The position numbers and the translations under genes are program-made. A stretch of 64,000 nucleotides of DNA, taken from the NCBI RefSeq assembly GCF_964194155.1, contig NC_135891.1, positions 86,986,001 through 87,050,000 of the forward strand, read 5' to 3'. Shown here piece by piece: positions 61,830 through 64,000 of the stretch. Each line of letters opens with the position of its first letter. Position 1 is the stretch's first letter. Below the pieces are notes generated by a model. That model worked only from the letters and a program-made list of their open reading frames with translations, was not told the origin of the DNA and searched no databases. This DNA is from Cetorhinus maximus (taxonomy: Eukaryota).

Positions 61830-63072
61830 TGTAGTAATTGTGGGTTTTATTTGGTGTGTAATGTACCATTAGGAATAATACTTGTTAAGGAAGATCACAT
61901 AGTCTGTAGTAACCAATAGTAGAGTAGCGTGGGTGACCTCAGCAGTCAGTGTAGAGTTGGAGTTGAAAGCACACACGTAGTTGCTGCTGAGTACATTGTA
62001 AATAAACGTAATGTTTCCACCCAAGAAGTGGCTGCAGATCAACTCTATCATTAATAGTACAACTCAGCCCCCTACAACAAAGTTGCGATGAGGAGAAAAT
62101 AAGATTGAACAGTAGAAATCAGGTTAAGAAGAAATTGGCACTGCACCTCACCCAGTGATTGTAAGTAACAAGCTCCGTTAAAATTGAAGAAGTTATCCAC
62201 TCTCAAAGTGCCACAATTTGGGAGAATTGATCCTTTTGAACCAGCCACAGACGACTGATCTCAATGCATAGAATGCCTACATTCTTTTTTCAAGTGAATG
62301 AGATTATGGGGAAGGGAAGTGATGAGCGATCCTCTTGAGTACTTGTGGGAGCAAACCCTACAGTCTGATTGGAAGTTTGATGGCACCCAATGCCCCAGAT
62401 TTGAAAAATTTTGATGAATTGGTGGACTTCATGAAGGGTCATTTCCAACCCAAGCCCTCAGTCACGATGCAGGGGTTCAGGTTTAATTCGCAAAATGGAG
62501 CCCTGTGTGAGACAATTGCACACTACATGGCAAATTTGAAGCAGCTAACAGAACATTGCGAGTTCATTACGACTCTGAATGACATGTTCAGAGATCGCTT
62601 AGTGTGTGGTGTGAAAGAGGACTCTATTCAGAAAAGATTATTGTCCGAAATGAATCTGGGTTTCAAGAAGGCGCTAAAGATAATGCTGGCCATGAAAAGC
62701 ACAGTAAAAGATTCACAAGCAATAGAGGGTGCGTAAAATGGTGCTGTCCTCCACATTGGGCGGGAAACCTCAGCAGAAAGTGGCACAAAAAAGTGAAACT
62801 CTGCTGAGAAGCAGGAAACATCCCCCGCTAACCGAAGAATAAAGAAAAATAACTTAGCAGCGAAATCGAAGAATAATTTTAGTAGAGGTGGAAACAATCA
62901 GTCTTTTAGCGATTGGCAGTTTAAAAATCGAATGCTACTGTTGTCATAGAAATGAACATATGATGAGGCAGTACAAGGAAAGATTCAACCAGGCTTGTAA
63001 ACAAAATAAGACGCCCAATGAAATCTACAATGTAGAAGAGCCTGAAACAACAAATTCAGACATTTACTCACT
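61830..63072 (+). mobile_element. Second Ty3/Gypsy (Mag-like) copy: 5' LTR, PBS and gag, cut by a Penelope insertion
   Basis: LTR 61830-62079 (TG...CA); PBS-like gttgcgatgagga; gag LKQLTEHCEF..TLNDMFRDRLVCGV and CYCCHRNEH knuckle. Confidence 0.88.
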
Positions 63073-63074
63073 AA

Positions 63075-64000
63075 GGTAAAAGCAAAATACTGCGGATGCT
63101 GGAAATCTGAAACAAAAACAAAAATTGTTGGAAAAACTCAGCAGGTCTGACAGCATCTGTGGTGAGAAAGACAGAGTTAACGTTTCGAGTCTGTGTGACT
63201 CTTCTTCAGAAGTAAAGAGAAGTAAAAATGTGGTGAAATATATACTGTTTAAGGGGGGTGGGACAGGTGAAGGTGGATAAAAGGCCAGTGATAGGTGGAG
63301 GCAAAGGAGAGATTGCAAAAGATGTCATAAACAAAAGGTCGAAGGGGTGTTGATGGTGGTGATACTGGCTAAAGGAGGTGCTAAAGGTGACATTAAGAGT
63401 AGAAAGCAGGATGAGCAAGTGACAGATGGCCCTTGTGGGGCTGGGGTCGGGGGAGGGGATGGTGCGGGAGAAAAGATCGAAATAGGCTAAAAGGTGGGGA
63501 TAAATTAATGAATTTTTAATAATAATAATAATAGAAATAGGTGGGAAACGTATATATATATAAAATATGTAAAAATTAAAACATAAATATATGAAAAAAG
63601 GGGATCAAAAAGGGGTGAGGATGGAGGAGAGACTTCATGATCTGAAGTTGTTGAACTCAATGTTAAGTCCGGAAGGCTGTAAAGTGCCTAATCGGAAGAT
63701 GAGGTGCTGTTCCTCCAATTTGCGTTGGGCTTCACTGGAACAATGCAGCAGGCCAAGGACAGACATGTGGGCAAGAGAGCAGCGTTCCTTTCAAGTGAAG
63801 CAGCATTTCACTTGCACTTCCTCAATTTGGTCTACTGCGTTCGCTGCTCCCAATGCGGTCTCCTCTACATTGGAGAGACCAAACGCAGACTGGGTAACTG
63901 CTTTGCGGAACACCTTCGGTCTGTCCGCAAGCATGACCCAGGCCTTCTTGTTGCTTGCCATTTCAACACACCACCCTGCTCTCATGCCCACACGTCCGTC
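63075..64000. mobile_element. Penelope-like element with inverted arrangement (minus terminal repeat and GIY-YIG end, then plus GIY-YIG)
   Basis: 63640-63782 is the reverse complement of the GIY-YIG C-terminus; 63786-64000 encodes C.SSNLVYC..CSQCGLLYIGETKRRLG. Confidence 0.88.
63175..63213 (-). ncRNA. Minimal hammerhead ribozyme motif in the Penelope terminal repeat
   Basis: actt-CUGAAGA-A-GAGUC acaca GACUC-GAAA-CG-UU-aact. Confidence 0.6.

Overview
Vertebrate genomic DNA, very probably a shark or other elasmobranch: it carries HE1-type and Deu-domain SINEs, CR1/HER1 LINEs and shark-type Penelope terminal repeats. It holds a tandem cluster of three minus-strand perilipin (PAT family, PLIN2/PLIN3-like) genes. 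Gene C is complete (45157-61082, 7 coding exons, about 452 aa). Gene A is a near-identical paralog that runs off the left edge (1875-7257 visible). Between them lies a compact, divergent gene B (19504-23050, about 318 aa) whose reading frame is intact but which lacks both PAT-domain exons. Intergenic and intronic space is dense with transposable elements: CR1 LINEs, a full-length decayed PIF/Harbinger plus a matching MITE, Ty3/Gypsy copies, solo LTRs, an Ingi/Vingi-like LINE and Penelope-like fragments. The Penelope terminal repeats contain minimal hammerhead-ribozyme motifs. Best leads are the PAT-less perilipin, the hammerhead-bearing repeats, a decayed duplicate exon 6, DR1/PPRE motifs in intron 2 of all three genes, and a locally templated 407-bp insertion flanked by a 23-bp direct repeat. 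All exon calls were made by eye from GT-AG sites, phase and homology; nothing was searched against a database.
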